From: Eledone cirrhosa
Lineage: Eukaryota
Direction of reading: 5' to 3'
DNA: 64,000 bases
Assembly (NCBI GenBank): GCA_964016885.1
Contig: OZ024741.1
Location: 930,001 to 994,000, forward strand
Shown: positions 36,001-47,811 of the stretch, piece after piece
Position numbering within the stretch: position 1 is the stretch's first letter
Layout of the letters: each line of letters begins with the position of its first letter
Translations under genes and position numbers: made by a program
The notes under the pieces: generated by a model
Told to the model about the DNA's origin: nothing
The model's input: only the letters and a program-made list of their open reading frames with translations
The model's database searches: none

Positions 36001-39000
36001 TATTGTTGGTGTTGGTGTTATTGTTGTTGTTGGTGTTGCTGTTATTGTGGTTGTTGGTGTTATTGTTGTTGTTGGTGTTATTGTTGGTGTTAATGTTATT
36101 GTTGTTGTTGGTGTTATTGTTGGTGTTGGTGTTATTGTTGTTGTTGGTGTTATTGTTGTTGTTGGTGTTATTGTTGTTGTTGATGTTATTGTTGGTGTTG
36201 GTGTTATTGTTGTTGTTGGTGTTATTGTTGGTGTTGGTGTTATTGTTGTCGTTGGTGTTATTGTTGTTGTTGATGTTATAGTTGTTGCTGGTGTTATTGT
36301 TGGTGTTGGTGTTATTGTTGTTGTTGGTGTTATTGTTGGTGTTGGTGTTATTGTTGTCGTTGGTGTTATTGTTGTTGTTGGTGTTATCGTTGGTGTTGGT
36401 GTTATTGTTGGTGTTGGTGTTATTGTTGGTGTTGGCGTTATTGTTGTTGTTGGTGTTATTGTTGGTGTTGGTGTTATTGTTGTTGTTGGTGTTATTGTTG
36501 TTGTTGGTGTTATTGTTGTTGTTGGGGTTATTGTTGTTGTTGGTGTTATTGTTGTTGTTGGTGTTATTGTTGTTGTTGGTGTTATTGTTGGTGTTGGTGT
36601 TATTGTTGTTGTTGGTGTTATTGATGTTGTTGATGTTACTGTTGTTGTTGGTGTTATTGTTGGTGTTGGTGTTATTGTTGTTGTTGGTGTTATTATTGGT
36701 TTTGGTGTTATTGTTGTTGTTGGTGTTGGGATTATTGTTTATGTTGGTGTTATTGTTGTTGTTGATGTTATTGTTGTTGTTGGTGTTATTGTTGGTGTTG
36801 GTGTTATTGTTGTTGTTGGTGTTATTTTTGTTGTTGATGTTATTGTTGTTGTTGGTGTTATTGTTGGTGTTGGTGTTATTGTTGTTGTTGGTGTTATTGT
36901 TGTTGTTGATGTTATTGTTGTTGTTGGTGTTATTGTTGGTGTTGGTGTTATTGTTGTTGTTGGTGTTATTGTTGTTGTTGGTGTTATTGTTGGTGTTGGT
37001 GTTATTGTTGTTGTTGGTGTTATTGTTGTTGTTGGTGTTATCGTTGGTGTTGGTGTTATTGTTGGTGTTGGTGTTATTGTTGGTGTTGGTGTTATTGTTG
37101 TTGTTGGTGTTATTGTTGGTGTTGGTGTTATTGTTGTTGTTGGTGTTATTGTTGTTGTTGGTGTTATTGTTGTTGTTGGTGTTGCTGTTATTGTGGTTGT
37201 TGGTGTTATTGTTGGTGTTGGTGTTATTGTTGTTGTTGGTGTTGGTGTTATTGTTGTTGTTGGTGTTATTGTTGGTGTTGGTGTTATTGTTGTTGTTGGT
37301 GTTATTGTTGGTGTTGGTGTCATTGTTGTTGTTGGTGTTATTGTTGGTGTTGGTGTTATTGTTGGTGTTGGTGTTATTGTTGTTGTTGGTTTTATTGATG
37401 TTGTTGCTGTTATTGTGGTTGTTGGTGTTATTGTTGGTGTTGGTGTTATTGTTGTTGTTGGTGTTGGTGTTATTGTTGTTGTTGGTGTTATTGTTGGTGT
37501 TGGTGGTATTGTTGTTGTTGGTGTTGGTGTTATTGTTGTTGTTGGTGTTATTGTTGGTGTTGGTGTTATTGTTGTTGTTGGTGTTATTGTTGGTGTTGGT
37601 GTCATTGTTGTTGTTGGTGTTATTGTTGGTGTTGGTGTTATTGTTGGTGTTGGTGTTATTGTTGTTGTTGGTGTTATTGTTGTTGTTGCTGTTACTGTGG
37701 TTGTTGGTGTTATTGTTGGTGTTGGTGTTATTGTTGCTGTTGGTGTTGGTGTTATTGTTGTTGTTGGTGTTATTGTTGGTGTTGGTGGTATTGTTGTTGT
37801 TGGTGTTGCTGTTATTTTGGTTGTTGGTGTTATTGTTGGTGTTGGTGTTATTGTTGTTGTTGCTGTTGCTGTTATTGTGGTTGTTGGTGTTATTGTTGGT
37901 GTTGGTGTTATTGTTGTTGTCGGTGTTGCTGTTATTGTGGTTGTTGGTGTTATTGTTGGTATTGGTGTTATTGTTGTTGTTGGTGTTGCTGTTATTGTGG
38001 TTGTTGGTGTTATTGTTGTTGTTGGTGTTATTGTTGGTGTTAATGTTATTGTTGTTGTTGGTGTTATTGTTGGTGTTGGTGTTATTGTTGTTGTTGGTGT
38101 TATTGTTGTTGTTGGTGTTATTGTTGTTGTTGATGTTATTGTTGGTGTTGGTGTTATTGTTGTTGTTGGTGTTATTGTTGGTGTTGGTGTTATTGTTGTC
38201 GTTGGTGTTATTGTTGTTGTTGATGTTATAGTTGTTGCTGGTGTTATTGTTGGTGTTGGTGTTATTGTTGTTGTTGGTGTTATTGTTGGTGTTGGTTTTA
38301 TTGTTGTCGTTGGTGTTATTGTTGTTGTTGGTGTTATCGTTGGTGTTGGTGTTATTGTTGGTGTTGGTGTTATTGTTGGTGTTGGTGTTATTGTTGTTGT
38401 TGGTGTTATTGTTGGTGTTGGTGTTATTGTTGTTGTTGGTGTTATTGTTGTTGTTGGTGTTATTGTTGTTGTTGGTGTTGCTGTTATTGTGGTTGTTGGT
38501 GTTATTGTTGGTGTTGGTGTTATTGTTGTTGTTGGTGTTGGTGTTATTGTTGTTGTTGGTGTTATTGTTGGTGTTGGTGTTATTGTTGTTGTTGGTGTTA
38601 TTGTTGGTGTTGGTGTCATTGTTGTTGTTGGTGTTATTGTTGGTGTTGGTGTTATTGTTGGTGTTGGTGTTATTGTTGTTGTTGGTGTTATTGATGTTGT
38701 TGCTGTTATTGTGGTTGTTGGTGTTATTGTTGGTGTTGGTGTTATTGTTGTTGTTGGTGTTGGTATTATTGTTGTTGTTGGTGTTATTGTTGGTGTTGGT
38801 GGTATTGTTGTTGTTGGTGTTGCTGTTATTGTGGTTGTTGGTGTTATTGTTGGTGTTGGTGTTATTGTTGTTGTTGCTGTTGCTGTTATTGTGGTTGTTG
38901 GTGTTATTGTTGGTGTTGGTGTTATTGTTGTTGTCGGTGTTGCTGTTATTGTGGTTGTTGGTGTTATTGTTGGTGTTGGTGTTATTGTTGTTGTTGGTGT

Positions 39001-42000
39001 TGCTGTTATTGTGGTTGTTGGTGTTATTGTTGTTGTTGATGTTATTGTTGGTGTTGGTGTTATTGTTGTTGTTGGTGTTATCGTTGGTGTTGGTGTTATT
39101 GTTGGTGTTGGTGTTATTGTTGGTGTTGGCGTTATTGTTGTTGTTGGTGTTATTGTTGGTGTTGGTGTTATTGTTGTTGTTGGTGTTATTGTTGTTGTTG
39201 GTGTTATTGTTGTTGTTGGGGTTATTGTTGTTGTTGGTGTTATTGTTGTTGTTGGTGTTATTGTTGTTGTTGGTGTTATTGTTGGTGTTGGTGTTATTGT
39301 TGTTGTTGGTGTTATTGATGTTGTTGATGTTACTGTTGTTGTTGGTGTTATTGTTGGTGTTGGTGTTATTGTTGTTGTTGGTGTTATTATTGGTTTTGGT
39401 GTTATTGTTGTTGTTGGTGTTGGGATTATTGTTTATGTTGGTGTTATTGTTGTTGTTGATGTTATTGTTGTTGTTGGTGTTATTGTTGGTGTTGGTGTTA
39501 TTGTTGTTGTTGGTGTTATTTTTATTGTTGATGTTATTGTTGTTGTTGGTGTTATTGTTGGTGTTGGTGTTATTGTTGTTGTTGGTGTTATTGTTGTTGT
39601 TGATGTTATTGTTGTTGTTGGTGTTATGTTTGGTGTTGGTGTTATTGTTGTTGTTGGTGTTATTGTTGTTGTTGGTGTTATTGTTGGTGTTGGTGTTATT
39701 GTTGTTGTTGGTGTTATTGTTGTTGTTGATGTTATTGTTGTTGTTGGTGTTATTGTTGTTGTTGGTGTTATTGTTGTTGTTGGTGTTATTGTTGTTGTTG
39801 GTGTTATTGTTGGTGTTGGTGTTATTGTTGTTGTTGTTGTCGGTGTTATTGTTGTTGTTGGTGTTATTGTTGGTGTTGGTGTTATTGTTGTTGTTGGTGT
39901 TATTGTGGTTGTTGGTGTTGCTGTTATTGTGGTTGTTGGTGTTATTGTTGGTGTTGGTGCTATTGTTGTTGTTGGTGTTGGTGTTATTGTTGTTGTTGGT
40001 GTTATTGTTGGTGTTGGTGTTATTGTTGTTGTTGGTGTTATTGTTGTTGTTGATGTTATTGTTGTTGTTGGTGTTATTGTTGGTGTTGGTGTTATTGTTG
40101 ATGTTGATGTTATTGTTGTTGTTGGCGTTATTGTTGGTGTTGGTGTTATTGTTGTTGTTGGTGTTATTGTTGATGTTGATGTTATTGTTGTTGTTGGTGT
40201 TATTGTTGATGTTGATGTTATTGTTGTTGTTGGTGTTATTGTTGTTGTTGGACTTATTGTTGTTGTTGATGTTATTGTTGTTGTTGGTGTTATTGTTGTT
40301 GTTGGTGTTATGGTTGTTGTTGGTGTTATTGTTGTTGTTGGTGTTATTGTTGGTGTTGATGTTATTGTTGTTGTTGGTGTTATTGTTGGTGTTGGTGTTA
40401 TTGTTGTTGTTGGTGTTATTGTTGGTGTTGGTGTTATTGTTGTTGTTGGTGTTAATGTTGATGTTGGTGTTATTGTTGTTGTTGGTGTTATTGTTGGTGT
40501 TGGTGTTATTCTTGTTGTTGGTGTTATTGTTGGTGTTGGTGTTATTGTTGTTGTTGGTGTTATTGTTGGTGTTGGTGTTATTGTTGTTGTTGGTGTTATT
40601 GTGTTGTTGGTGTTGCTGTTATTGTGGTTGTTGGTGTTATTGTTGGTGTTGGTGTTATTGTTGTTGTTGGTGTTGGTGTTATTGTTGTTGTTGGTGTTAT
40701 TGTTGGTGTTGGTGTTATTGTTGTTGTTGATGTTATTGTTGTTGTTGGTGTTATTGTTGGTGTTGGTGTTATTGTTGTTGTTGGTGTTATTGTTGTTGTT
40801 GATGTTATTGTTGTTGTTGGTGTTATTGTTGGTGTTGGTGTTATTGTTGTTGTTGGTGTTATTGTTGTTGTTGGTGTTATTGTTGGTGTTATTGTTGGTG
40901 TTGGTGTTATTGTTGTTGTTGGTGTTATTGTTGTTGTTGATGTTATTGTTGTTGTTGGTGTTATTGTTGGTGTTGATGTTGTTGTTGTTGGTGTTATTGT
41001 TGTTGTTGGTGTTGTTGTTGTTGTTGGTGTTATTGTTGTTGTTGGTGTTATTGTTGTTGTTGGTGTTATTGTTGGTGTTGATGTTATTGTTGTTGTTGGT
41101 GTTATTGTTGGTGTTATTGTTGTTGTTGGTGTTATTGTGGTTGTTGGTGTTATTGTTGTTGTTGGTGTTATTGTTGTTGTTGGTTTTATTGTTGTTGTTG
41201 GTGTTATTGTTGGTGTTGGTGTTATTGTTGTTGTTGGTGTTATTGTTGTTGTTGGTGTTATTGTTGGTTTTGGTTTTATTGTTGTTGTTGGTGTTATTGT
41301 TGGTGTTGGGATTATTGTTTATGTTGCTGTTATTGTTGTTGTTGATGTTATTGTTGTTGTTGGCGTTATTGTTGGTGTTGGTGTTATTGTTGTTGTTGGT
41401 GTTATTGTTGATGTTGATGTTATTGTTGTTGTTGGTGTTATTGTTGATGTTGATGTTATTGTTGTTGTTGGTGTTATTGTTGTTGTTGGTGTTATTGTTG
41501 TTGTTGATGTTATTGTTGTTGTTGGTGTTATTGTTGTTGTTGGTGTTATGGTTGTTGTTGGTGTTATTGTTGTTGTTGGTGTTATTGTTGGTGTTGATGT
41601 TATTGTTGTTGTTGGTGTTATTGTTGGTGTTGGTGTTATTGTTGTTGTTGGTGTTATTGTTGGTGTTGGTGTTATTGTTGTTGTTGGTGTTATTGTTGAT
41701 GTCGGTGTTATTGTTGTTGTTGGTGTTATTGTTGGTGTTGGTGTTATTGTTGTTGTTGGTGTTATTGTTGGTGTTGGTGTTATTGTTGTTGTTGGTGTTA
41801 TTGTTGGTGTTGGTGTTATTGTTGTTGTTGGTGTTATTGTGTTGTTGGTGTTGCTGTTATTGTGGTTGTTGGTGTTATTGTTGGTGTTGGTGTTATTGTT
41901 GTTGTTGGTGTTGGTGTTATTGTTGTTGTTGGTGTTATTGTTGGTGTTGGTGTTATTGTTGGTGTTGGTGTTATTGTTGGTGTTCGTGTTATTGTTGTTG

Positions 42001-43495
42001 TTGGTGTTATTGTTGGTGTTGGTGTTATTGTTGTTGTTGGTGTTATTGTTGTTGTTGGTGTTATTGTTGTTGTTGGTGTTATTGTTGTTGTTGGTGTTAT
42101 TGTTGGTGTTGGTGTTATTGTTGTTGGTGTTATTGTTGTTGTTGATGTTATTGTTGTTGTTGGTGTTATTGTTGGTGTTGGTGTTATTGTTGTTGTTGGT
42201 GTTATTGTTGTTGTTGATATTATTGTTGTTGTTGGTGTTATTGTTGGTGTTGGTGTTATTGTTGTTGTTGGTGTTATTGTTTTTGTTGATGTTATTGTTG
42301 TTGTTGGTGTTATTGTTGGTGTTGGTGTTATTGTTGTTGTTGGTGTTATTGTTGTTGTTGGTGTTATTGTTGGTGTTGGTGTTATTGTTGTTGTTGGTTT
42401 TATTGTTGTTGTTGATGTTATTGTTGTTGTTGGTGTTATTGTTGTTGTTGGTGTTATTGTTGTTGTTGGTGTTATTGTTGTTGTTGGTGTTATTGTTGGT
42501 TTTCTGGTGTTATTGTTGTTGTTGTTGTCGGTGTTATTGTTGTTGTTGGTGTTATTGTTGGTGTTGGTGTTATTGTTGTTGTTGGTGTTATTGTGGTTGT
42601 TGGTGTTGCTGTTATTGTGGTTGTTGGTGTTATTGTTGGTGTTGGTGTTATTGTTGGTGTTGGTGTTATTGTTGTTATTGGTGTTATTGTTGGTGTTGGT
42701 GTTATTGTTGTTGTTGGTGTTATTGTTGGTGTTGGTGTTATTGTTGTTGTTGGTGTCGCTGTTATTGTTGTTGTTGGTGTTATTGTTGGTGTTGGTGTTA
42801 TTGTTGTTGTTGGTGTTATTGTTGTTATTGGTGTTGCTGTTATTGTGGTTGTTGTTGTTATTGTTGGTGTTGGTGTTATTGTTGTTGTTGGTGTTGGTGT
42901 TATTGTTGTTGTTGGTGTTATTGTTGGTGTTGGTGTTATTGTTGTTGTTGGTGTTGCTGTTATTGTGGTTGTTGGTGTTATTGTTGTTGTTGGTGTTGCT
43001 GTTATTGTGGTTGTTGGTGTTATTGTTGGTGTCGGTGTTATTGTTGTTGTTGGTGTTGCTGTTATTGTGGTTGTTGGTGTTATTGTTGGTGTTGATGTTA
43101 TTGTTGTTGTTGGTGTTATTGTTGGTGTTGGTGTTATTGTTGTTGTTGGTGTTATTGTTGTTGTTGGTGTTATTGTTGTTGTTGGTGTTATTGTTGATGT
43201 TGGTGTTATTGTTGTTGCTGGTGTTATTGTTGGTGTTGGTGTTATTGTTGGTGTTGGTGTTATTGTTGTTGTTGGTGTTATTGTTGGTGTTGGTGATATT
43301 GTTGTCGTTGGTGTTATTGTTGTTGTTGCTGTTATTGTTGTTGTTGGTGTTATTGTGGTTGTTGGTGTTATTGTTGGTGTTGGTGTTATTGTGGTTGTTG
43401 GTGTTATTGTTGGTGTTGGTGTTATTGTTGTTGTTGGTGTTATTGTTGTTGTTGGTGTTATTGTTGTTGTTGGTTTTATTGTTGTTGTTGGTGTT
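1..43495. repeat. Giant GT-rich minisatellite array (12/15/18/24-bp units; core GGTGTTATTGTTGTTGTT and GGTGTTATTGTTGGTGTT), runs off the left edge
   Basis: Continuous GTT/GGT/ATT triplet array, almost no C on the + strand. All ORFs are homopolymer-like (VVVGVI, LLLLLV, CCCWCY, TTTITP). Sharp end at ...GGTGTT|CACACCACGG. Confidence 0.98.
9256..9950. repeat. Embedded 42-bp satellite (GTGGTGGTAGTGGTGTTAGTGTTGGTGTTGGTTGTAGTACTG)n
   Basis: About 12-13 near-identical copies, most with AGTACT, then degenerate copies from ~9780. Confidence 0.93.
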
Positions 43496-43603
43496 CACAC
43501 CACGGTCTAATAATTTACAGTGAAGTTTGGGATATATGGATAGAGAGGATAATTACATGGATGGGTGGATAATTACATGGTAGCATGCAGGTGCGCGCGC
43601 GTG

Positions 43604-43877
<274 letters not shown>

Positions 43878-44770
43878 AAGAGAGTATTGAAGTTTGCTTG
43901 AAGCATTGTGGAACAATAAGTAAATATCGTTAAGTCGTTTGGAAGCCTCGACAATGCAAATGGGTAAATCACCGGGTAACAAGGTCCGGTGGTGGAGAGA
44001 GAGATGTAAGTGGGTGTACGTTGAGATGCGTGGTGTGTATAAGATTTGTGAGACGTGTAGAATGAAGGGAAGAGTATAAAGGATAAAAATATAAATAGCA
44101 ACACAAGAGAGAGTTACCTTGGGAGAAATTTAATAGTCCCTATATATTTCGGATTCACATCCATCAACTGGGGTTTTTTCCGGGGTGGGGGAAAAGGTTG
44201 TTTGTCGGACAAGTCCGGAACGCGTCTCTTGCTGATTGTTGTTTTGAATATCTGAGGTATTCGGCAGAGCGCGCGTTTGCATGAAATGGGGTCGGTCGTA
44301 CACAGGTCAGCGGCCGAATGAGGGAGTGGGATGGCGCTAGCTGTCAGTCCATTCTCTGCCTGTTTGTTAAATGTTACTGTGTGTGTGTGTGCGTATTTTG
44401 TTGTTCCCTTGAGTGTGTGTGTTGTGTGTGTGTGTTGTTGCCTTGTTCATCTGTATTGGCAGTGTAGTATGTTCGTATGGTGGAATGCTACTGTGTGTGT
44501 GTGCGTGTGTGTTAGTAGTTGTCTCGTTTGCGTGTGTGTGTGTGTGTGCGTGTGTTGTGTGTTGTTGCATCGCTTGTTAACTTAAACCAGCCATTTCATT
44601 TCGCTTCTCTCTGATCGGTTGTTTATTTGCGGTTGCAGTCGTTTGATAAAAAGCGCTTCCTTGATACGTAACGTGCCGACGTTTCTTTCAGTCGCTAGAA
44701 TTGTGACAATGGGCCTTCCGTCTGGGCCTTCCGTCTGGGGTTGATGTAATCGAATTTCTCCTCTCCACAA
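43878..44770 (-). mobile_element. 3' fragment of a Penelope-like retroelement: GIY-YIG C-terminus plus 3' pseudo-LTR
   Basis: 44770-44582 encodes ILATERNVGTLRIKEALFIKRLQPQIN, matching the L.I.EAL.I....P.LN end of PLE endonucleases. Region 43880-44226 recurs inverted at 57117-57256 and 57415-57712. Ends in (TA)n. Confidence 0.8.
44138..44173 (-). ncRNA. Atypical minimal hammerhead-like motif in PLE pLTR
   Basis: Minus strand CCC-CAGTTGAT-GGA(TGTGAA)TCC-GAAA-TATA-TA-GGG: stem I, stem II, GAAA, palindromic stem III and UH are present, but the core is not CUGANGA. Confidence 0.45.
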
Positions 44771-44803
44771 ATTACTTGCCTTGTGCCTATACTAGAAATC
44801 ATT

Positions 44804-44988
44804 GATGGATTGGCAGTGTCGGTAGAGGGTCGGACGCCATGCTTTGCCGCAAAGAGTTACGGCCCTTTATGGTCTGAGTTCAAATCCCGCCGAGGTTAAC
44901 TTTGCCTTTCATCCTTACAGGGTCGATAAAATAAAGTACCAGTAATACACTGGGTTATTGCTGGCCTTGTGCCAAAAGTAGTAACAAT
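44804..44988 (+). mobile_element. tRNA-derived SINE
   Basis: A-box-like TGGCAGTGTCGG, B-box GAGTTCAAATCCC, body CTTTGCCTTTCATCCTTACAGGGTCGATAAAATAAAGTACCAGT. Close copy at 56262-56448. Preceded by the tail of another copy (44769-44803). Confidence 0.9.
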
Positions 44989-45279
44989 TCTTATTATTTC
45001 TGGCAATATTATGACAATATGACCCTCCCCAAATATAGCAATATTTGTTTCAACACACGATTTCATATAAAAAACCTTGCAAAACAAATATATATAAGGG
45101 AGAGTAATTGACAGACTGTCAATCCTTCTCCCTTTGTTTTCGACGAAAATAAGTAAGTGACACAGTCTCTACTTTAAAACTCATAGCAAATGGTCTTCTA
45201 AATGTTTTTACTTAAACATACGGTATATTGCCAAATATACTATACACACATTCAGATTACCTATTTCAGAGCACCAATA

Positions 45280-45281
<2 letters not shown>

Positions 45282-45373
<92 letters not shown>
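45282..45373. repeat. (TA)n microsatellite
   Basis: Pure TA run. Confidence 0.97.
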
Positions 45374-45376
<3 letters not shown>

Positions 45377-45555
45377 GGTGTTGGATGCTTAAAGCGTCCG
45401 TATGCGGTAGGCCGTATGAGCACTAGATGCTCTCATTGAGCAAAGTATGATATCACAGAAAAAAAGAGAATCAGAGTCAGGTTCGATCATCACATCGATA
45501 TATATATATATATAATATATTTATTTATTTATGTAATAAACAACATAAGATAATT

Positions 45556-45620
45556 ATTTCATTTACCAGTGGTTTCTGGAAGACAGATGTTGTGTCTGTC
45601 TTCAGTCGTCAGAATGAATA
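45556..45620 (-). ncRNA. Type I hammerhead ribozyme, copy 1
   Basis: Minus strand TTCATT-CTGACGA-CT-GAAGACAGA(CACAACA)TCTGTCTTC-CA-GAAA-CCACTGG-TA-AATGAA. Canonical core, GUA triplet, 6-bp stem I. Confidence 0.85.
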
Positions 45621-45943
45621 AAAAAAACATCCATGGTGTATGTTGGTTAATTTCCTGAAACTGTAGAGTGCTCAACTTAACAGGCTGGAAGGTGCCAATC
45701 ATATATATAATATAGAATATGCTTCAATCATTCCCGGATGGAGCTGTATAAATGAAGTATTTCCGTCAGAAATGTACAGCAGTTCTTCTGCTTTTCAAAA
45801 GTAGAGTTGAGATAGAGGGTCTGTGGTTTGTGTGTGTATGTGTGTATGAATGAAGTATTTCCGTCGGAAAGGTACAGGAAAAAAGGGTACTCTATGTAGG
45901 CTACAGTGCTTATTAGTTATGTAATAAACAACATGAGGTAATT

Positions 45944-46008
45944 ATTTTATTTACCAGTGGTTTCTTGAAGATAGATGTTGTGTCTGTCTTCAGTCGTCAG
46001 AATGAATA
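45944..46008 (-). ncRNA. Type I hammerhead ribozyme, copy 2
   Basis: Same core CTGACGA...GAAA-CCACTGG-TA. One mismatch in stem I and one in stem II. Confidence 0.8.
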
Positions 46009-46034
46009 AAAAACATTCGTGGTGTATGTTGGTT

Positions 46035-46243
46035 AATATATGCTATTTTCAAAAATACACAGTGACTGATCGGCCTGATTTGCATATTAGCAGTCTGGCC
46101 GACCAGTCAGATTTGCATATTAGCAGATCCACTGATCAGTCAGATTTGCATATCAGCAGACTGGCCAGTCAGTTTCCTGCCAGACTGCTAATATGCAAAT
46201 CGGGCTGATCAGTCACTGTGTATTTTTGAAAATAGCATATATT
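46035..46243. repeat. 65-bp inverted repeat enclosing ~33-bp tandem units with ATTTGCAT octamers
   Basis: Arms 46035-46099 and 46179-46243, with two differences. ATTTGCATAT occurs three times on + and once on -. Confidence 0.92.
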
Positions 46244-46279
46244 TTCACTAGCTCTGACAGTTTGGCAGGTGAACAGTGA

Positions 46280-46325
46280 GCTGTACTGATGAAGGGTGAT
46301 GCCCAGAAACATTAGTGTCTGTAGT
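46280..46325 (+). ncRNA. Type I hammerhead ribozyme
   Basis: GCTGTA-CTGATGA-A-GGGT(GAT)GCCC-A-GAAA-CATTAGTG-TC-TGTAGT. Canonical core, GUC triplet (C at 46319), stem I with G:U pairs. Confidence 0.85.
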
Positions 46326-46484
46326 TCTGTTCGCATGCCAACACAAGAGCAAGAATGAAGTGTTCATTCTACTGACATGGCTATAAAATTGAGGCTTGTT
46401 TGCAAACGAATCGAATGTTATTATTAATATTCGAAAAACTCAGATTACATTTATTGTATTCAGCCATGTAGAGCGAAATCTTCT

Positions 46485-46627
<143 letters not shown>

Positions 46628-46657
46628 AGATCAAAAGATGGTTAAAAGAGTTCCAAG

Positions 46658-46727
46658 TATTTTATTATGCGCACTTCAAAAACAAATATCATCATGCGAT
46701 GATATCTGCGTTCTCACAGATAAAATA
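46658..46727 (-). ncRNA. Hammerhead-like motif with variant core
   Basis: Minus strand TATTTTAT-CTGTGA-long stem II (GCAGATATCATC...GATGATATTTGT)-GAAG-TGCGCA-TA-ATAAAATA. Perfect 8-bp stem I and palindromic stem III; core lacks A6 and has GAAG. Confidence 0.6.
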
Positions 46728-47226
46728 GGGAGACATGATATGAAGCTTAAAAAACACCTGTGAGCAGTGAAGTTTTAAATCAACATATGAAAAATAAACT
46801 AAGATGGATATATGAGATTGGGAAAAAATGAGGGGGGGGGGTAGGAAAAGGTAAGGAAGAGGAAGAAAGAAAAATATAGGATCGTGGGGGAGGAGTATAA
46901 GAAGGAAGGATGAGAGAGGAGGAGAAATGAGTGATAGAGAGAGAGAAATAGCTTTTACAACTGAGGAAACATTGTCTCAGAGAGAAATTAAAAAACCGTT
47001 GGAAGATAGTAGATAATTTAAAAGATTTTGAAATTAAAAGTTAATGAGGTTTATGTATGAAGAAAAAGGAATTAAGAAAAGTATTAAATTAAGGTTTGTA
47101 TATTGAAGGGTTTAATAATATGTGCGAAAAAAAGAATTATTAATATGTATTATTAAAATAAAAATATATATGATATTAAGGATATAATGTGAAGGAAGGA
47201 GAAGAATAAATGAATTATGAAATTAG

Positions 47227-47602
47227 AGGAATTAGTTAGGGTTTAAGTTAGTTTTTATGTATTGTAATATGTAAACGTAAATAGTAGGTTTAAAACGAGC
47301 ATGGAAGGAGAGAAGAAAAAAGAAAAGTTTAAGGAAGAAAAATATCTTACGTCAAAAAGTATATATGTTTACGAAAATTTTCTAATGGTAATATTATAAT
47401 ATATTAAAAAAGGAATTAGTTAGGGTTTAAGTTTGTTTTAATGTATTGTAATAGGTAAAAGTAAAAGTAAATAGTAGGTTTAAAACGAGCACGGAAGGAG
47501 AGAAGAAAAAAGAAAGATTTAAGGAAGAAAAAAATATCTAACGTCAAAAAGTATATATGTTTACGAAAATCTTCTAATGGTAATATTATAATATATTGAA
47601 AA
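47227..47602. repeat. Tandem duplication, two copies of ~185-190 bp
   Basis: Units begin AGGAATTAGTTAGGGTTTAAG at 47227 and 47411 and align throughout. Confidence 0.92.
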
Positions 47603-47811
47603 GTACAGATTAGAGATTAGAAATTAAAAAAGAAAAAAGGAAGAAAGGAAAATGATAAAGAAGAAAAGATAGGGGATCATAACGAAATAGAATGAGTAAA
47701 TTGTATTATATAATATATAATACTGAAATAAGGTAGAAAGATGGGTATATTTGTAAAAGATATAAAAGCCTTTGAGAAAAGAAGATTTTAAACTAGTTAG
47801 GTATTGAGATA

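Larger units (their letters stand above)
45529..46037 (-). mobile_element. Non-autonomous PLE-derived / retrozyme-like unit bounded by two ~120-bp HHR-containing direct repeats
   Basis: Direct repeats 45529-45651 and 45917-46037, offset 388 bp, each with a type I HHR on the minus strand. No coding capacity. Confidence 0.7.

Noticed and set aside
1-43495. Telomere-like or CRISPR-like array
   Set aside because: There are no TTAGGG arrays, the GT-rich strand is the wrong polarity for a left chromosome end, there are no unique spacers, and the context is eukaryotic.
7-43523. Huge Val/Gly/Ile, Leu/Val, Cys/Trp/Tyr and Asn/Thr ORFs (up to 5098 aa)
   Set aside because: They are automatic translations of a stop-poor triplet satellite in overlapping frames, with no domains or credible starts.
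44804-44895. tRNA gene
   Set aside because: A and B boxes are present but there is no cloverleaf, and the sequence continues into a repeated SINE body.
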